Source: Harriotta raleighana (Eukaryota). From it: 64,000 bases of DNA. This document shows, piece by piece, positions 63,271-64,000 of this stretch. A program made the position numbers and the translations under genes. The notes under the pieces were generated by a model, which was not told the DNA's origin, made no database searches, and saw only the letters and a list, made by a program, of their open reading frames with translations. The stretch is from the NCBI GenBank assembly GCA_050575255.1, contig JBNZDD010013730.1:6044543-6108542 (forward strand). Direction: 5' to 3'. How positions within the stretch are numbered: position 1 is the stretch's first letter; the number at the start of each line of letters is the position of its first letter.

Positions 63271-64000
63271 ACATGATTTTGTACAAAACTCATAAACTTT
63301 GCATGATTTTGTGCAATTTCTGGGAAAATGCGTTGCTCCCAGATTTTGTTTCACTAATTCCTCTTGTGAGCATGACATTTCTGTATCCTGTGGGTGAATG
63401 TTGTATTGCATTCTGCAGTTCTTATTAAAAAAAACTAACCTATTGCACCCATGAGAGTGTACAATTCCATGTAAATTTTCTCCCTCAGATTTTCTCTTAA
63501 TGTTTCCCTTGCTTTCCCTCATCTTGAAGTCAATGGGTCCTATTCAACAGTCTCCCTACAGCATCTTTCAATCACTGTCGGAGAGAGAAATTGAGTGCGA
63601 TGGTTTGAGAGATGGATTAGTGATAACTTAGTGTGGTGGGGAAGGTGGGTTACTTCAAGAGTCCAGTGGTCTTTTCCTACTCTTGTTACTGTTCTGTTCC
63701 CAAGTGGCCATTCATCACAAGTGAGGCTGCACAATGAGGATTAGCAGGCTATTCAACTTTGAAAGGGCATCATGTTCCAACTTGGCATACACAGACACAC
63801 ATTTCCAGCATTTCCAGTAGAGGGGAATTATTACAAAGGAATATCAAACTATCAGTCTAAGCATTAGTGTCTACATTAATCAGGTACCCTCATTAACCGA
63901 GTAAGGAATTTGGGTTTTGAAATGGCAGTGGTAAAATAGCAAACCGAAAATTAATGAATTGTCCTCATTCCTAAAATGTCCAGAAAGTGAAACTCGATTG

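Noticed and set aside
1-64000. CRISPR array, operon, rRNA or known miRNA
   Set aside because: The recurring hairpin units are dispersed retroposon tails, not regularly spaced repeats. There is no prokaryotic gene density, and I recognised no rRNA or mature miRNA sequence by eye.

Overview
AT-rich vertebrate genomic DNA, not prokaryotic. The repeat content points to a cartilaginous fish, most plausibly a chimaera such as Callorhinchus milii. This is an inference from L2 LINEs with (TTG)n tails, tRNA-headed SINEs with L2-type 3' hairpins and (TTA)n tails, old Deu-domain SINEs and CR1/L1 fossils. I recognise no host protein-coding gene. The only ORFs with recognisable homology are LINE ORF2 remnants, best at 1-286, 8960-9800 and 33091-33808. 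The rest looks like a gene desert or large intron with many repeat-free blocks rich in homeodomain/Pbx/Meis/Sox-like motifs, some retaining CpG, so they are candidate conserved non-coding elements; conservation cannot be tested here. Four single-N gaps are flanked by duplicated sequence and look like assembly overlaps. The most notable observations are a 3' hairpin that covaries across three retroposon families, hairpin-only insertions, a young SINE-core/L2-tail chimera (47996-48232) and a diverged inverted repeat pair about 5.1 kb apart (31564-31651 and 36661-36750). I found no convincing new multi-gene system. Boundaries of old repeats are approximate.
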